Source: Octopus vulgaris
Lineage: Eukaryota
Assembly: GCA_951406725.2 (NCBI GenBank)
Contig: OX597823.1
Location: 83,948,001 to 84,012,000 of the forward strand
Length of the DNA stretch: 64,000 nucleotides
Direction: 5' to 3'
Positions 13,656 to 28,055 of this stretch are shown here, one piece after another (the first letter of the stretch is position 1; every line of letters begins with the position of its first letter). The notes under the pieces were generated by a model that was given only the letters and a program-made list of their open reading frames with translations, was not told the DNA's origin and made no database searches. The translations under genes were made by a program, and so were the position numbers.

Positions 13656-15567
13656 GAGATGGAGAGAGGAATATGCGTATTTGTGTGCGCCACTGTTACA
13701 AATTCTTTTCTCCCTTGATCAGAGAATAATTCACGAAAGGCAAGACATTTGACTGTTCAACAAGATTAACGACACTTAAAGTGTAAAGTTCTATTAAACG
13801 GTGCGATATCAAAATTTTATAGAAAAAAACGACATAAAACGTCTGAAATATAAATCTCTATCGTTTTAAGCACATTGTAAACTGTGCATTAAAAATGCAT
13901 GTATACCGTGCTAACAACTCCATTAATAACGCATAAACCTGCTATATAGGATTTCTAGAGCACTCATTCAAGCATCGATTTGCTTATTTCATCACCAGCA
14001 TTTTGTAGCCCCCGCCCCACAGCACTTTCGAAATATATATGGAGATGGAGAGATAATGAAGAACTCCCGAGCAATGAGTGAACAATGGTAAGGCTTCAGC
14101 TATTATGAATGAATTGTATCAAAGTAATTTCAGTCTTACGGACAAATTTTGTTATACTTACACCAGTAACGAGCAAAAGAATAGAACTTTTTTCGAGCAG
14201 CCTACATATGTCCGAATATTTTCTTCGTGAACACCAAAACGCCCCTTCGGGTGTATGATGGATAACGATTGGTGTGAAAAGTCCCTTCGTTACTTTTAAG
14301 CTGCTGTGGACTAATGGCAGCCCACTGGACTTCCTGAATGGTATCCCTAAGAAAAAAACTTTTTTTGTTGAATTTTTTTAATACTACGGCTCACCTGTTC
14401 TTGCGCCATGTCTCAAGCGGCCTGCTTCTCGAAAATAGGTTACTGATGCCTGTTTGTTTTATAGCGTACTGAACGCATTTTGAACTGTTGTTTGTCATTT
14501 ATTCTAAATTCACTGATGTTTACAATCAATAAGAAGACTGATTGAATAAAACCATGATTTGAATAACATGTAATACCAATTATTTTACATATCACAAATA
14601 AGCATATGTGCATCAGTGTGTGTATGTGTGTATGTACGTTTGCAAATGAGTATTACAATAAAGAGCAAGAAAGAAATTTTGTTCTTCGCCTGAGCATTAA
14701 CACTGACCATTTTGGTGTGTGATGAATAGCAGCTAACGTGTAATAAACACATTTGAAACTGTTATTAATCAGCTCTTTTAGATCCAATTGTGTGTACAAT
14801 CAATGAGAAGACCGACTGAATGAAATTTTCGTTTTTATTAATATGTAATAACCAATTATCTTACAATTCACAAATACGCTTATGTGCTTCTATATATTTT
14901 CGTATAATAGTGTCTGTGAATGGGCATTATTGAGAAAAAAGTTAACTGAATTGATACGAAACTCGAAAACTGAGAACCTACACGAAACATCTCAACATGT
15001 TGGAGCCTTCTCGTTTTACATTGTTCACAATTCTTATTTATTTTTATACATTAGCAGAACTATCAGTAAAGTGATTGTAAATTTTTCTTTGTAAATGTAA
15101 GAATAAATTCAATAGGAGCTTGTCGTGCAATGACAGAAGCTCACAAATGTTCATTGAAAGAGAGAACGTGATTTAGTCGATTAAAATTATTTTCTCTTTA
15201 ATATCGATTCCAACATACTGTCAACGATATAAATTTGATACTGTCTCCAAAGGGATTAACTTGAAATTGAAGCCGACAGTAATTTAGCTAAGAAGCATAA
15301 TGTAACGTTTGGTTAGTGACAATATGGATATTGACTGCGTCTGTCGATAGTATTTTTCGAATTTTTTCATTACGGAATGGCGAAATGCGATACTGTGATG
15401 TTTATACAAAATCACTTTCCTGAAGATGTAGAAATGAAACTAGGCTGAATACGGGATCAGATTTTGAAAACAAATTAAATAAAAGCAGTTCAATACTTTT
15501 CTCAAACGTGTATCCAATTAAAATTTATTGATAGATTGACACCTTGTCACACACACACACACATACA

Positions 15568-15623
<56 letters not shown>

Positions 15624-15757
15624 TACACGGACACACACATATACATTTATAGAAGGAGAGATAGGAATAAAGAGATAGACGCACGTGTGAGCGTGTTAGT
15701 ATGCATCTGCGTGTATGTAGGAACGTATAAACAGACACACCCACTCACTCACACAGA

Positions 15758-15801
<44 letters not shown>

Positions 15802-16569
15802 CACACACACACACACACACATACACACACACATATACATACATACCACGAATTCGCTGTCAGCCACGCCTGGTCGGTAGGCGTGTTTCAAGTGTGCTTA
15901 TGGAGTGTTCTTATATTGTTCTGTGCTTACCTGTATCATTTGATGTATACGATTTTTTGCAATGACGTAACGTACTCATTCATTTATTTAAAATGCGTAA
16001 GAAACAGCTGTAATGAACTGGCATGTATCCATCATATATTACCATTCATTTGCTTATAATACACCAAAGGGATTCACGACACGTCGGACATCCTGGAGTA
16101 TACCAAACAACCTATGATCAAAACAACGTTTACTTTGGACCATCCCCTGCTGGTTTTCTCTGAATGCACAACCTGAATATTTTACTGTATACTTATTTGA
16201 TTAAGGGTGATGATCACAGGTTAACTCAACCATACCTGATGCAAATCATTCAAGTACTCGATTCTCTCTATTGTGTGTATATATATATATGAACGTATAA
16301 ACGTATTTATACGTATACATACATACATATACATATCCATTTACGTATTCATCTATCTATCTATCTAGCTATCTATCTATATTCATATAGCAGGTTAAGC
16401 CGAAATAGTTCGGATTTTTACCGAAAATTTTTGGCATCTTTCCTTTTCATGTTATATTATTAATTTGATACAACTTGTTGTCCAATTGTTGCAGAATTGC
16501 TTATTTTATTTTTATGTCTAAAAAATAAACATTAATTTTTATTTCATTTTTACAGCTTTTATAATTAGC

Positions 16570-17401
16570 AGTGAAAAGACTACAATTGGAGTCATTTTAT
16601 GCTGCGTGTAAAAAACTGTTCACCGGGAGCTGCACAAAACTGGACTTCACAGGTGGGCTGCAATCAGAAAACTACTACTTTCAAAAGAAAACGTTGCAAA
16701 GCATTCAGAGTCGAGTAAAAACCTATAGAATTATTCCCTAGAGCAGTGGAAGAATGCTATTTTCTCGGACGAGTCATCTTCTGCCATATTTGCGACCACC
16801 AGCCGAGTATACGTGTGGAGACAGCCAAAAGAAGCATTTGACCCAGACTGCCTTCTTCCAACTGTTAAACGTGGTGGAGGATCTGTGATGATCAGTGGGG
16901 CAATATCTTGGAAATCCACCGGCCCAATGGTTTCCCTTCATGGTAGAATTAATAGTCAAGACTATTTAAGCATTTCATCTGAGCAAATTCATCCTATGGT
17001 TGCGGAACTGTTTCCGGGGGGAAATGCAATTTTTCAGGATGATAATGCACCAATTCACACAGCTAAAGTTGTAACTGAATGGCACGAGGAATATTCTAGT
17101 GACGTTGAACATCTTATCTGGTCACCACAGTCCCCAGATCTCAATATTATTGAACATTTATGGTGCATCTTAGAAAAGCAAGTAAGGAGTCGATATCCTC
17201 CACTATCATCAATCACTACACGAACTGGAGACTGTTTTAGCTTAAGAATGGACAAAAATTCCTTTGGAAACAGTTCAAACTTTGCACGAGTCCATACCTT
17301 GTAGAATTCAAGCTGTAATTACTACCAAAGGCGGTTCTACCTATATCAAAATAAATTTGTTTGAAATTTCAAGGTGTTTCTATTATTTTGTCCAACCCCT
17401 G
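16570..17401 (+). mobile_element. Tc1-family DNA transposon relic, DD36E transposase, right TIR retained
   Basis: WKNAIFSDES...TVKRGGGSVM...FQDDNAPIH...WSPQSPDLNIIEHLW; in-frame stop at 16726 and a C-terminal frameshift; ends ttttgtccaacccctg|TA. Confidence 0.92.
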
Positions 17402-17461
17402 TACATATGTACGTACGTATGTATGTATGTATGTATGTATGTATGTATCTCTCTCTCTCTC

Positions 17462-17517
<56 letters not shown>

Positions 17518-17811
17518 AGTAAGGAGTGATCGGGAGATTCTTTGTTATTGGATCAGCTGTAGTACAACGTTCCTTCATTGCTGAACATCAGCATTTGATA
17601 GCAATAATTAGTTAGAGTAGTTCTGTAATTCTATTATAGAATATCATACGTTACAGGTGTAGTTGTCATTCTTTTTCTATAGAGACAAGACACTCTCTCC
17701 CCATATATATGTATAACAACGACAACTTTTGCTTCCCTATAGCAATTGAAAGCCTGTCGCAAGCAATCATTCCACCGCCACATCCTTTCCTTACTCTCCT
17801 CTCTTTCTCTC

Positions 17812-17849
<38 letters not shown>

Positions 17850-18139
17850 GTTCCCTCGCTTTCTTCACTTCTTAAGAAGCAAGCCGTCACCAGCTTTTAC
17901 CGTGCAGCAGTCATTTATTTGATGACGTTGCTTTCAATTGATCTGTTGGCTTTACTAGCCTAATTAACATTGTTCTTGGTAAACACTGTTTTAGCCTGTT
18001 ATCGCCTTATCTGTTCTTCATATCAAGTAGTTTATTCTTCTGAGATAAATCTAATACAATAGAGCCACACGTGTTCTGTTGCGCACAAAATTGAATATCC
18101 TCTCTTCAAATCAATAATAATTCTACGAATTTCTTTTAC

Positions 18140-18620
18140 GTGTTTAAGGCATTGTACTGTGCCTATGCTGGTGCACCGTCTTGAAGGGATTAGTAGAAAA
18201 GATCACCACCTCGTGGACAGTTATTATTTCAAAGACTAGTAGTTATTCCATCAGTCTTTTTAACCGAACTGCTAAGTTACAGTGAGTTAAATAAACCAAC
18301 TCCAGTTGTCAAGAAGTGGCTGGTGACAAACTCAAACGCACACATATAAATACACACACACACACACACACACACACACGTATAAATACACGCACACGTA
18401 TAAATACACGCACACACACCTTTATATGTGTGATGGGCTTTCACACAGTTTCTGTCTAACAACTCTCACCAGGAATTAGTCGACAAACCACGTTCCAGGT
18501 TTGGTTCCACTACGCGGCATTTTGGGCACGTATCTTCTACAGTAACCTTAAGCTAAACAATGCCTTGTGAGCGAATTTGACAGATGGAAACTATGAGGAA
18601 GCTTATCATTCGTATGCTTG
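18140..18620. mobile_element. degenerate SINE-B pieces
   Basis: gaactgctaagttac...ccaac..cagttgtcaag and ggttccactacgcggcattttgggca motifs. Confidence 0.65.
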
Positions 18621-18631
18621 TAAGTGTGTGC

Positions 18632-18676
<45 letters not shown>

Positions 18677-19236
18677 CTGCACGGTCTAAATATGTCATGA
18701 TCCTTTATTTCTAGAATAATGTTATCCACTAACGGCCACACTCCACTGAGCGTAACACGAAAATAAATGAAAGAATTAAATATATTTTAGTGCAACTAAA
18801 AAAAAACCCATAGCAAAATTTATTAACAAGAAAGTTCTTTTAGTTTAACGCTGAGTTACAAACAAGCGAGATTCGTTCAACTTTATTAAAGATTTCTTTC
18901 AAACAACTAAGAGGTTTCTAATAAAAAATTAATTATCCGTGATGTTAGCAGAACTATAAAATACATACGAATTTAGTTATTTATCTATCAGAATCTTATT
19001 TCTTCCATTTTAGTGGAATTCTGGTTTCTATTGAAGTGAGATATCGAGATATTGTCACGTTTTATTCTTTTATTCATTCGTTCTGTTATTTTTTTACCAG
19101 TAATATGCACTCTTCTGGAAAAGCAACCAATTCTCCAAATCGATGCTATAAAAGACTGCAAAATATTTTTTCTTCCCATGTCCTTTCTATCTAGTTCTCT
19201 GTCTTTCTGTCTCCTTTTCTGTCCATCTCTCACTTC

Positions 19237-19516
<280 letters not shown>

Positions 19517-20637
19517 TTATCAAACAATGGAATAGTTGTGATTAATTTTCTGCGCGTTTTCATTTTTATGTTACTTGCAGATGTTTTTTTGTTTTTTTTT
19601 TAGTTTTCCTCTCCTTTCAATTTTTTAAAAATATTATTTATTTCCTTATTGTACTTCAAAGCTTAAAAATATTTCACAAATTACGGCTTGTAAAACATAT
19701 CGTGCCCTAAAATTTATATAAATTAATACAAACGATTCAATTAAAAGAAGAAAAAAAAAATTACCCACCGTCTTTTTCATCAGCTGATAAGAATAAAACT
19801 ATTTTTAGCAATAATATTGCATGTCAAGAGAACTGTGTGAATTTCATGGAAGCTGATTTCTAGCAGAAAGGAAAAATCGATTGATTGGAGATGGAGTTGG
19901 CAGAAGCCGCTAGTTAGTTCTAAATAAATAGCATTTACCATTATTTCCCTCTTGGTATGTTTGAGAACAGAAATATAAGAAAACTCCGTTCTTCCAAGTA
20001 GTTACATTATAAATTTATCAACATTTTATACACTGAGTTAATAAATAAATCCACATGGAATTATTCCTTCTCTTTTACCCTGCATGTTCCATTAGATTTA
20101 TCAGCTTAAAGCCAATTTCCTTTTTACACAAAAGTCTTTTTGGTTTTATTTTCATTGTTATTTCTTTTCTTTGTCTTATTATTATATTATCTTTATTGTT
20201 TTCTTACCGTTTATTTCTTCTGATTGTCTTTTATTCCGTTCCATCGTGGGAATTTAAGTGTGTAACGTACTCAAGAGACAGAGAGAGAAGCCGCCTAGAT
20301 TTAACAAAAATCCATTCCTTTAAAATATATTATCGATCTTTTTCTGATATAGTTTTGGTTGATTCAGCATATAGTAATGATTATAAATATCGATCGACAG
20401 TTCCTATGTACAATGTGTCAATCGAGTGTTTGGTGAGACAACAATGATAAACACACTTCTTGTGACAATAAGGCCTTGACTGGAACCACATCAAAGTATC
20501 TCCTTTATTTAACAAGGAATACTTTCGAAATAATATCTAGAAAATCATGATTTTAGTCGCTCATGAGGAAAGAAAATAACGTAATATATCATGCAGCCAA
20601 TTTATAATCCACAATGGTTTTTCCTTTAACCACATAC

Positions 20638-20853
20638 CTTTCTAATATCGCAGTAGCGCTAGTTACATTACACCTGCACTTATTTCTCCCATCCGTTTCA
20701 AATATTGGCCAATGTTACATCAAAAATACTTCGGCGCCATACTGATTTTTGATGGCAGCGAAACCACAAGCGATGTAAAAATGTCCATTTATTTTATGAT
20801 ATAGCAACCATTAAACATATACAGCCTGTCACATTTAAGTGTTGAAAGATCAC
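20638..20853 (-). other. candidate internal non-coding exon
   Basis: Strong acceptor (T-run)acactcag|G and donor AAAG|gtatgt; all frames contain stops. Confidence 0.35.
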
Positions 20854-21535
20854 CTGAGTGTAAAAAAAAAAACACTTTGAACTTTATTTCAGAATATTAT
20901 TCATTACTTGAAATAAAAGGGAGCACTTCTAATATTTCTATATTTATTAATTTTTGAGATGTAAGGAAAATTTAGATCTGAAAAAGGACATTTTTCTGGC
21001 TTTTCAGTAATAAGATGTAAATGGAAAATATATTGTATACGATACACGAATAGAAATAAATGATAAATAGTACTATGTAATACATAGATGTTTAAAAATT
21101 GCCTGATGTTATTTATTTCGAGGAACGTGTGTGATTATCATCTGAGTGTTCTACAAATTGTGGCAGATGTTATTGGATAGAACATGGTACAGACAAATCC
21201 AAAGACACGGTTTTGGGTTATACAACAGTTTTCCTATTAACGGAAAGTATTTTATGTTTTATATTTCGCTTGCAATTAGTGTTGTATTTGATAACTTTGT
21301 GTAGTGTGTACCAAAAGAAAAGAGAGTGATAAGCAGATGCTGTGCAATATATTGATATCATGAATAATAATGCAGTGCTATCTAGTACATATTTATACGA
21401 CAGCCTTCGACATTTTTTCTATTACAAAGGTCTTTTTTTTATCACAATATCCACATTCTGTTATTTATAGCTTTATCTATTTCGAGTTCCATCGTAAAAA
21501 CCATATGCACATGTATACATATATATGCATGTGTG

Positions 21536-21572
<37 letters not shown>

Positions 21573-21910
21573 ATGCATGTATGTATAATATATACATATA
21601 TGTGTGTGTGCATATATGTACGTATGTAATATAAAACATGTACATACACATACATACGAATGTACATGTAAAAATATACGCACACACACGCACACACACA
21701 CACACATATGAATGTATTTGTAATACTACTTTTATGCTTATAGCCCCATGTAGATTGTATTCCGGTCAGTTTCCAGTATAGTGGTTAAATAACATTTATA
21801 CTAAGTAACATAGTTTGTTATGAATTACAGAGAAAATGTAGAGCAAATTACAATAAACACAATTTTTTTTTTCCTACGTACATTTTCACCATTATGATTG
21901 TTTGGAGACC

Positions 21911-22115
21911 TGCATTAGGTGTTCCAAGTGTACCTGGATGCTTCACCGGAACAGATCATCAGGGAAAACTATATTGCGCTAAGTTACAGAGAGCTGGCGT
22001 CCATTCAGGTATAGAGAATTAGTGAGCGTTAGTTCTCTCTAACTTAATGCAATAAAATGTTCACGGATGATCCATTCTGGTTAAGCATCCAAATGCACTT
22101 GATTCACTTCATACA
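21911..22115. repeat. long imperfect hairpin, 95-bp arms, copy 1
   Basis: 21911-22005 versus 22021-22115, ungapped reverse complements. Confidence 0.8.
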
Positions 22116-22193
22116 CGAGTGAAAATGTTCGTAGGAACAAATAATATGAGCAAGTGTTTATCGTAATTTCTCATATCTATCTATCTATTTATC

Positions 22194-22255
<62 letters not shown>

Positions 22256-22499
22256 ATTTGCTTCTGTCTTTCTTTCTATTTATTTATCTATCTACCTATG
22301 TGTGTGTGTTTTTTTTACCCCCACCACTATCTGACAACCGGTGTTGGTGTATTTACGTCCGCGTAACCATGCAGTTCGATAAAAGAATCCCAGAGAAGTC
22401 CTTGGGTCGATTTGGTCGACTAAAACACTTCAAGGCAGTGCCCCAGCATAGCCGCAGTAAATGACTGAAACAAGTAATATATATATATATAAATCTATT

Positions 22500-22736
22500 A
22501 TCTTTTACTCGCTTCAGTCATTAGACTGCAGCGTGCTGGGGCACCATCTTGAAGAATTTTTAGACGAATAAATCGACCCAAGGGGGTTATTCTATCGCTC
22601 TCTTCTGCCGATAAGCTAAGTTACTGGGAAGTAAAGCACTCCAATACAGATTGTCAAGCGATGGTGAGAGAAAAACACAGTGACGAAGATACACACACAT
22701 CGATGCATGAATACATACATATAAACATATACATAC

Positions 22737-22831
<95 letters not shown>

Positions 22832-22990
22832 GCTTCTTTCAGTTTCTGTCAAGTGAATCAACTCACAAGACTCTGGTAATGCTGATGCTATAGTAGGAGA
22901 CACTTTCCCAAGGTGCCACGCGGTGAGACTGTACCCGGAACCCTGATGTTTGGAAGCAAGCTTCTTCCCACACAGCCACATCTGCGCCTT
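22500..22990 (-). mobile_element. SINE-B
   Basis: Full-length reverse copy. Confidence 0.85.
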
Positions 22991-23249
22991 ACTATAGCTG
23001 ATGTGGTTACTCGATTGATATAATGTGTGACAAGTTACTTTAATGAGATTCGTATCCGATATTTATATGAGATATCAATATCGTCTGTGAGATATTGCTG
23101 TGAAACATAAGCAGCCGTGATGTATGATATATACGAATAGCACATGTGATAAAGCGTAATAAATTACTATGGTATATGATGATTATGCATGTTGTTTAGA
23201 TATTATATGTGACAACTAGCTGTTAAGTGATTTATAAAGGATCTAATAT

Positions 23250-23472
23250 ATATTTCTTTACTACCGACAAGGGGCTAAACACAGAGAGGACAAACAAGAA
23301 CAGACAAACGGATTAAGTCGATTACATCGACCCTAGTGCGTAACTGGTACTTAATGTATCGACCCCGAAAGGATGAAAGGGAAAGTTGACCTCGGCGGAA
23401 TTTGAACTCAGAACGTAACGACAGACGAAATACCGCAAAGCATTTCGCCAGGCGTGCTAACGATTCTGCCAA
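23250..23472 (-). mobile_element. SINE-A
   Basis: Body with aaagaaata tail; head cut by the adjacent MITE. Confidence 0.88.
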
Positions 23473-23474
23473 TA

Positions 23475-23791
23475 TAGGTCGTCGTCGACTTAATACCACA
23501 ATTGGTTCCGACTGACTGTTTGGAGTCCTGCATTAGGTGTTCCAAGTGCATCTGGATGCTCCACGGGAACGGATCATCAGGGAACGCTTTATTGTGCTAA
23601 GTTACAGAGAGCTGGCGTCCATTAAGGTATAGAGAATTAGTGAGCGTTAGCTCTCTATAACTTAATGCAATAAACTGTTCACGGATGATCCATTCTGGTT
23701 AAGCATCGAAATGCACTTGAAACACCTGATGCACGAGTGAAAATGTTCGTAGGAACAAATAATATGAGCAAGTGTTTATCGTAATTTCTCA

Positions 23792-23868
<77 letters not shown>

Positions 23869-24602
23869 GTCTGTCTGTCTGTCTGTATGTCTGTCTGTCT
23901 CAGTCAATCTCTCTCTCTCTCTCTGATTATGTCTGTCTGTCGGCCTGTCTGTCTGTCTAGCTATCTGTCTATCTATCTAACTTTCTCTCTCTCTCTCTCT
24001 CTGTCTATCTATCTATCAATCTATCTTTGTTTCTTTATTTCTTCCTTTCCCTTTAACTATTTATCTACCTATGTGTATGCATATGTGTGTGTGTTTGTGT
24101 CTGTGTTTGCACCTCCATCACTACCTGACAACCGATGTTTGTGTATTTACGTTGGCGTAACCAAGCAGTTCAGTAAAAGAATCCGATAGAATAAGTCGAT
24201 TAGGTCGTAAGTCAGTCTATAGGCTTACATAAATTTGTTTTATATTTTTACATTCTTAAGATACATTCTCAGGTAAAAGTCACACACAGCATTCTGTATT
24301 ACACTATTATATCGGCGTCAGTCAAAAATTTCAGACTCTCATGCAGTCGTCTTATAAACAAATATGAGGTTGCATCGATGTCTCCGCGATAGGATAGTCA
24401 TCCATCACAGTAGTGTTTGATAACCAAACCTAGGAGAAGCGTTTGTTAGCTGACATCATCCGTAGACGAGTTAATTTTTAAGAAGTTAAACCCATTATAT
24501 TTCAGCTGGACTATTTATTATTGCTGCCGGTATCTGGCGCGCGAATCGCCGTAAAGCCGATCGGTCGAAAGTCGGATAGGTCGTAAAATCGACGACGATC
24601 TG
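23475..24602. mobile_element. Tigger/pogo-like MITE interrupted by a duplicated segment
   Basis: TA|taggtcgtcgtcgactta...taaaatcgacgacgatctg|TA imperfect TIRs; internal gtcgtaagtc repeats. Confidence 0.65.
23529..23733. repeat. long imperfect hairpin, 95-bp arms, copy 2
   Basis: Direct duplicate of 21911-22115 at offset 1618. Confidence 0.8.
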
Positions 24603-24699
24603 TATATATGTGTAATGCAAATTGTTTTTATGTGATGAATAACTATCATGTGCCATAAGTAATTGCTGCACAGCATTGTTCATAATATATAAGACTTGG

Positions 24700-25350
24700 T
24701 AAAGGCGACGGGCTGGTGAAATTGTTAGCACCCCGGACAAAATTTTTTGCGGCATATCGTCCGTCTTTCCGTTCTGAGTGCAAATTCCGCCAAGGGCGAC
24801 TTTTCTTTACATGTTTTCATCGTCGATAAAATGAATACCAGTTGAACACTGGTGTTGATATAATCAACTTCACCACTCCTAGGAAATTGCTGGCCTTGTG
24901 CCAAAATTTGAGACTCACATATAAGACTAGGTGAAGGCGGCGAGGCGGCAGAAACGTTATCGGCATTTCGTCTGTCGGCATTTCGTCTGTCGGCATTTCG
25001 TTCTGAGTTCAAATTCCGCCGAGATCGACTTTACCTTTCATCCTTTCGGGGTCAGTAAATTAAGTACTAGTTACGGACTGGGGTCGATGTAATCGACTTA
25101 ATCCGTTTGTCTGTCATTGTTTGTCACCTCTGTGTTTAGCCCCTTGTGGGCAATAAAGAAATCAGAATCGTTAGCAACCCAGGCAAAAATACTTAGTGGC
25201 ATTTCGTCCGTCTTTGCGTTCTGAGTTCAAATTCCGCTGAGAGTGACTTTGCGTTTCGTCCATTCGGTATCAGTTGAGCACTGGGGTCAATGTAATCGAC
25301 TGACCCTCTCACGGCAAAATTGCTGGCCATATGCCAACATTTGAAACCTA
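24700..25350 (+). mobile_element. three SINE-A copies
   Basis: ggcggcgag.ggcagaa A box, gttcaaattcc B box; 15-bp unit cggcatttcgtctgt locally repeated at 24961-25000. Confidence 0.88.
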
Positions 25351-25977
25351 TTTATTAATGTTTTCATTGCGTGTGCTTTATAGTTGCTTCACCAATGATT
25401 GAGAAGCTCAGTCAACTTTCTGATCTATTATCAACAGACAAATAAATAAATAAATAAATTTTAACGATAATACATCACACAACAGAAAATATATCTATCT
25501 GGTCTGAGTAACATCTAAAGCACTGCGTGGTACATATCGGTAAAGCACGTATCATGATGAACGTGCCAAGCTTAACACATAACACCTTTTAAGTTAAGTT
25601 TCTATCAACTGATTATGTTGATTAGATAGCGTCGCCGCAAAACTTAAAAGAAAAACGTATTCAACGTATTCAGAATGGACAGTTCTGAGATTGGTATCTG
25701 GTTTCCATTGGAGAGACTGATTCTGATAACTTTTTATCTATTAATAGAAAATCTAAGATTGTTTAGATTCCAAATTTTGTTCGTTGAGGTATAACTACAT
25801 TTTCGTGAAATTGCTCCTGAAGCACATAAAACAAAACGTCGAGGAAAAAAGAAATTGTGAAGATTGCACCAATGTTGATCTTTCCCTCATACACCCGCGC
25901 ACTCGTTTACACGTGAACATGTATACTCATATATTATATGCATGTGTGTATAATCTATATACGTATATATGTATGCA

Positions 25978-26013
<36 letters not shown>

Positions 26014-26110
26014 CATACATAATACATACATACATATATATGCATATATATATATGATATATACATATATATTATATATATTTATCGATATATACCTAAT
26101 ATACATATAT

Positions 26111-26152
<42 letters not shown>

Positions 26153-26434
26153 TATATAATATATATATAAGTATTATATAATAATAAGATTTTAATCGAG
26201 AAATTTCAAAGGTAAGAGAGAATGTAAAATCTGTTTATATAGATAAATGGTTTAGATATTAAGAACAAAATTAATTAATCTATACTGCATTAATCTGAAG
26301 TGTATTAACAATGCTGTATTAGATTACCGAACATGTTGCTTTCAAGATTATATACCAAATAAATGAACAGAAATCAAAAACTTTAGCGAAACCTGAATTA
26401 ATAAGGTATATTATTTAATATTAAATTTCCACAA

Positions 26435-27280
26435 AGGCAGCGACTTCACGAAGTCGTTAGTACGATGGGAAAAATGCTTAGCGGCATTTCGTACGTCTTT
26501 ATGATCTGAGTTCTAATTCTGCTACGGTCGACTTTACTTTTCATCCCTTTCAGGGTCAATGAAATAGGTACCAGCCAAGCGTCGGAGTCGATGTAATTGA
26601 CAAGCCCTTTCGACAAATGTTCCAAGCCTTGTGCCTGTTGTAGAAAGGAATTTATTAAGTTGGGAAAGTAGGGAAAGTGGTAGAATAGCTAGCAAGCCGT
26701 ATAAAAGGCTTAGCGTAAATTTTTCCAGCTCTTGGTGTTCTGAGTTCAAATGCCATAGAGGTCGATTTTGCTTTTCATCCTTCCGGGGTCGATTGCATCA
26801 ATTTTCCGCCCCTCAGAATTGCTGGCTTTGTGCCAATGTTTTAAAGAATAATATTTATTCTTTACATTGTCTCAAAACTTCAAATTGCAATAATCAACAT
26901 AGTTAAAAAGTGATACTTTTCAAATCTAGCATCAGGACATAGTTTGACCTCGAAACATGGACGGATGGAAATAAGTACTGATATCCATAAGGACCTATAC
27001 TCCTCATTTTCCTGTCAGATCATTATACGAATAAGCCTTCCTAATTTTGTCACAAGACCAACAATTTTGAAAGATGATGGAAAAGTTGATAACACATCAA
27101 ACCCAGTGCTTCACTGGTGCTTAATTTTATTGACCCCGATAGGATGGAAGGCGAAGTCAACCTTGGCAGCATTTAAACTCAAAATATAATGAGCTGGATG
27201 CAATTGAGCACTGGGGTCGCTGTAATCGACTTAGCCCTTTCCCCGAAATTGCTGGCCTTGGGCCAAAATTTGAAACCAAT
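26435..27280. mobile_element. cluster of degenerate SINE-A copies in both orientations
   Basis: Core motif recurring near 26530, 26760, 27130 and 27210. Confidence 0.7.
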
Positions 27281-27644
27281 ATACAGAGCTGGAAAGCATG
27301 CCACAAAGCATTTTGTCCGATTCCCGACAGATTTTGTCAGCTCGTCACTTTTATCGCCCAAATATTTATTTCTTGTGTACGTACACCCAACCGAAAGCAA
27401 ACGTATGGCCGATGCAATTGCCCTCTGGTCATTGGCGTAGCAACTTGGGCCTTAGCGTCCGTGGAGTAAAACACTTTTGGCGCCCACATTTTACCCTTTG
27501 CCTGAACAAGGTATTTTCATAAATTTGTCTTAAACACCTATGATTGTTTCCAGATATTTAACTAGCTTCATACATTAGTTGTTTCATACATTGTGAGTAG
27601 TATAAAGCGTTCCTGTCATGAGCCCGACATTACTGAGGTACTCT

Positions 27645-28055
27645 CTTTTTCTCTTTTTGACTCTCTTTTGATTCAGTCATTTGACTGTGGCCGTGCTGGA
27701 GCACCACCTTTAGTCGAGCAAATCGACCCCAGGACTTACTCTTTGTAAGCCTAGTACTTATTCTATCGGTCTCTTTGCCGAACCGCTAAGTTACGGGGAC
27801 GCAAACACACCAGCATCGGTTGTCAAGCGATGTTGGGGGACAAAAACAGACGCACAAACACATACACACAAATGCATATATACATACATATATACGATGG
27901 ACTTCTTTCAGTTTCCGTCTACCAAATCCACTCACAAGGCTTCGGCCCGAGGCTATAGAAGAAGACACTTGCCCAAGGTGCCACACAGTGGAACTGGTCC
28001 CGGAACCATGTGGTTCGTAAGCACAGCTACTTACCACACAACCATTCCTACGCCC
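27645..28055 (-). mobile_element. SINE-B
   Basis: Full-length reverse copy. Confidence 0.88.

Noticed and set aside
20055-20447. 130-aa hydrophobic ORF
   Set aside because: F/L/I bias explained by T-rich low-complexity DNA.
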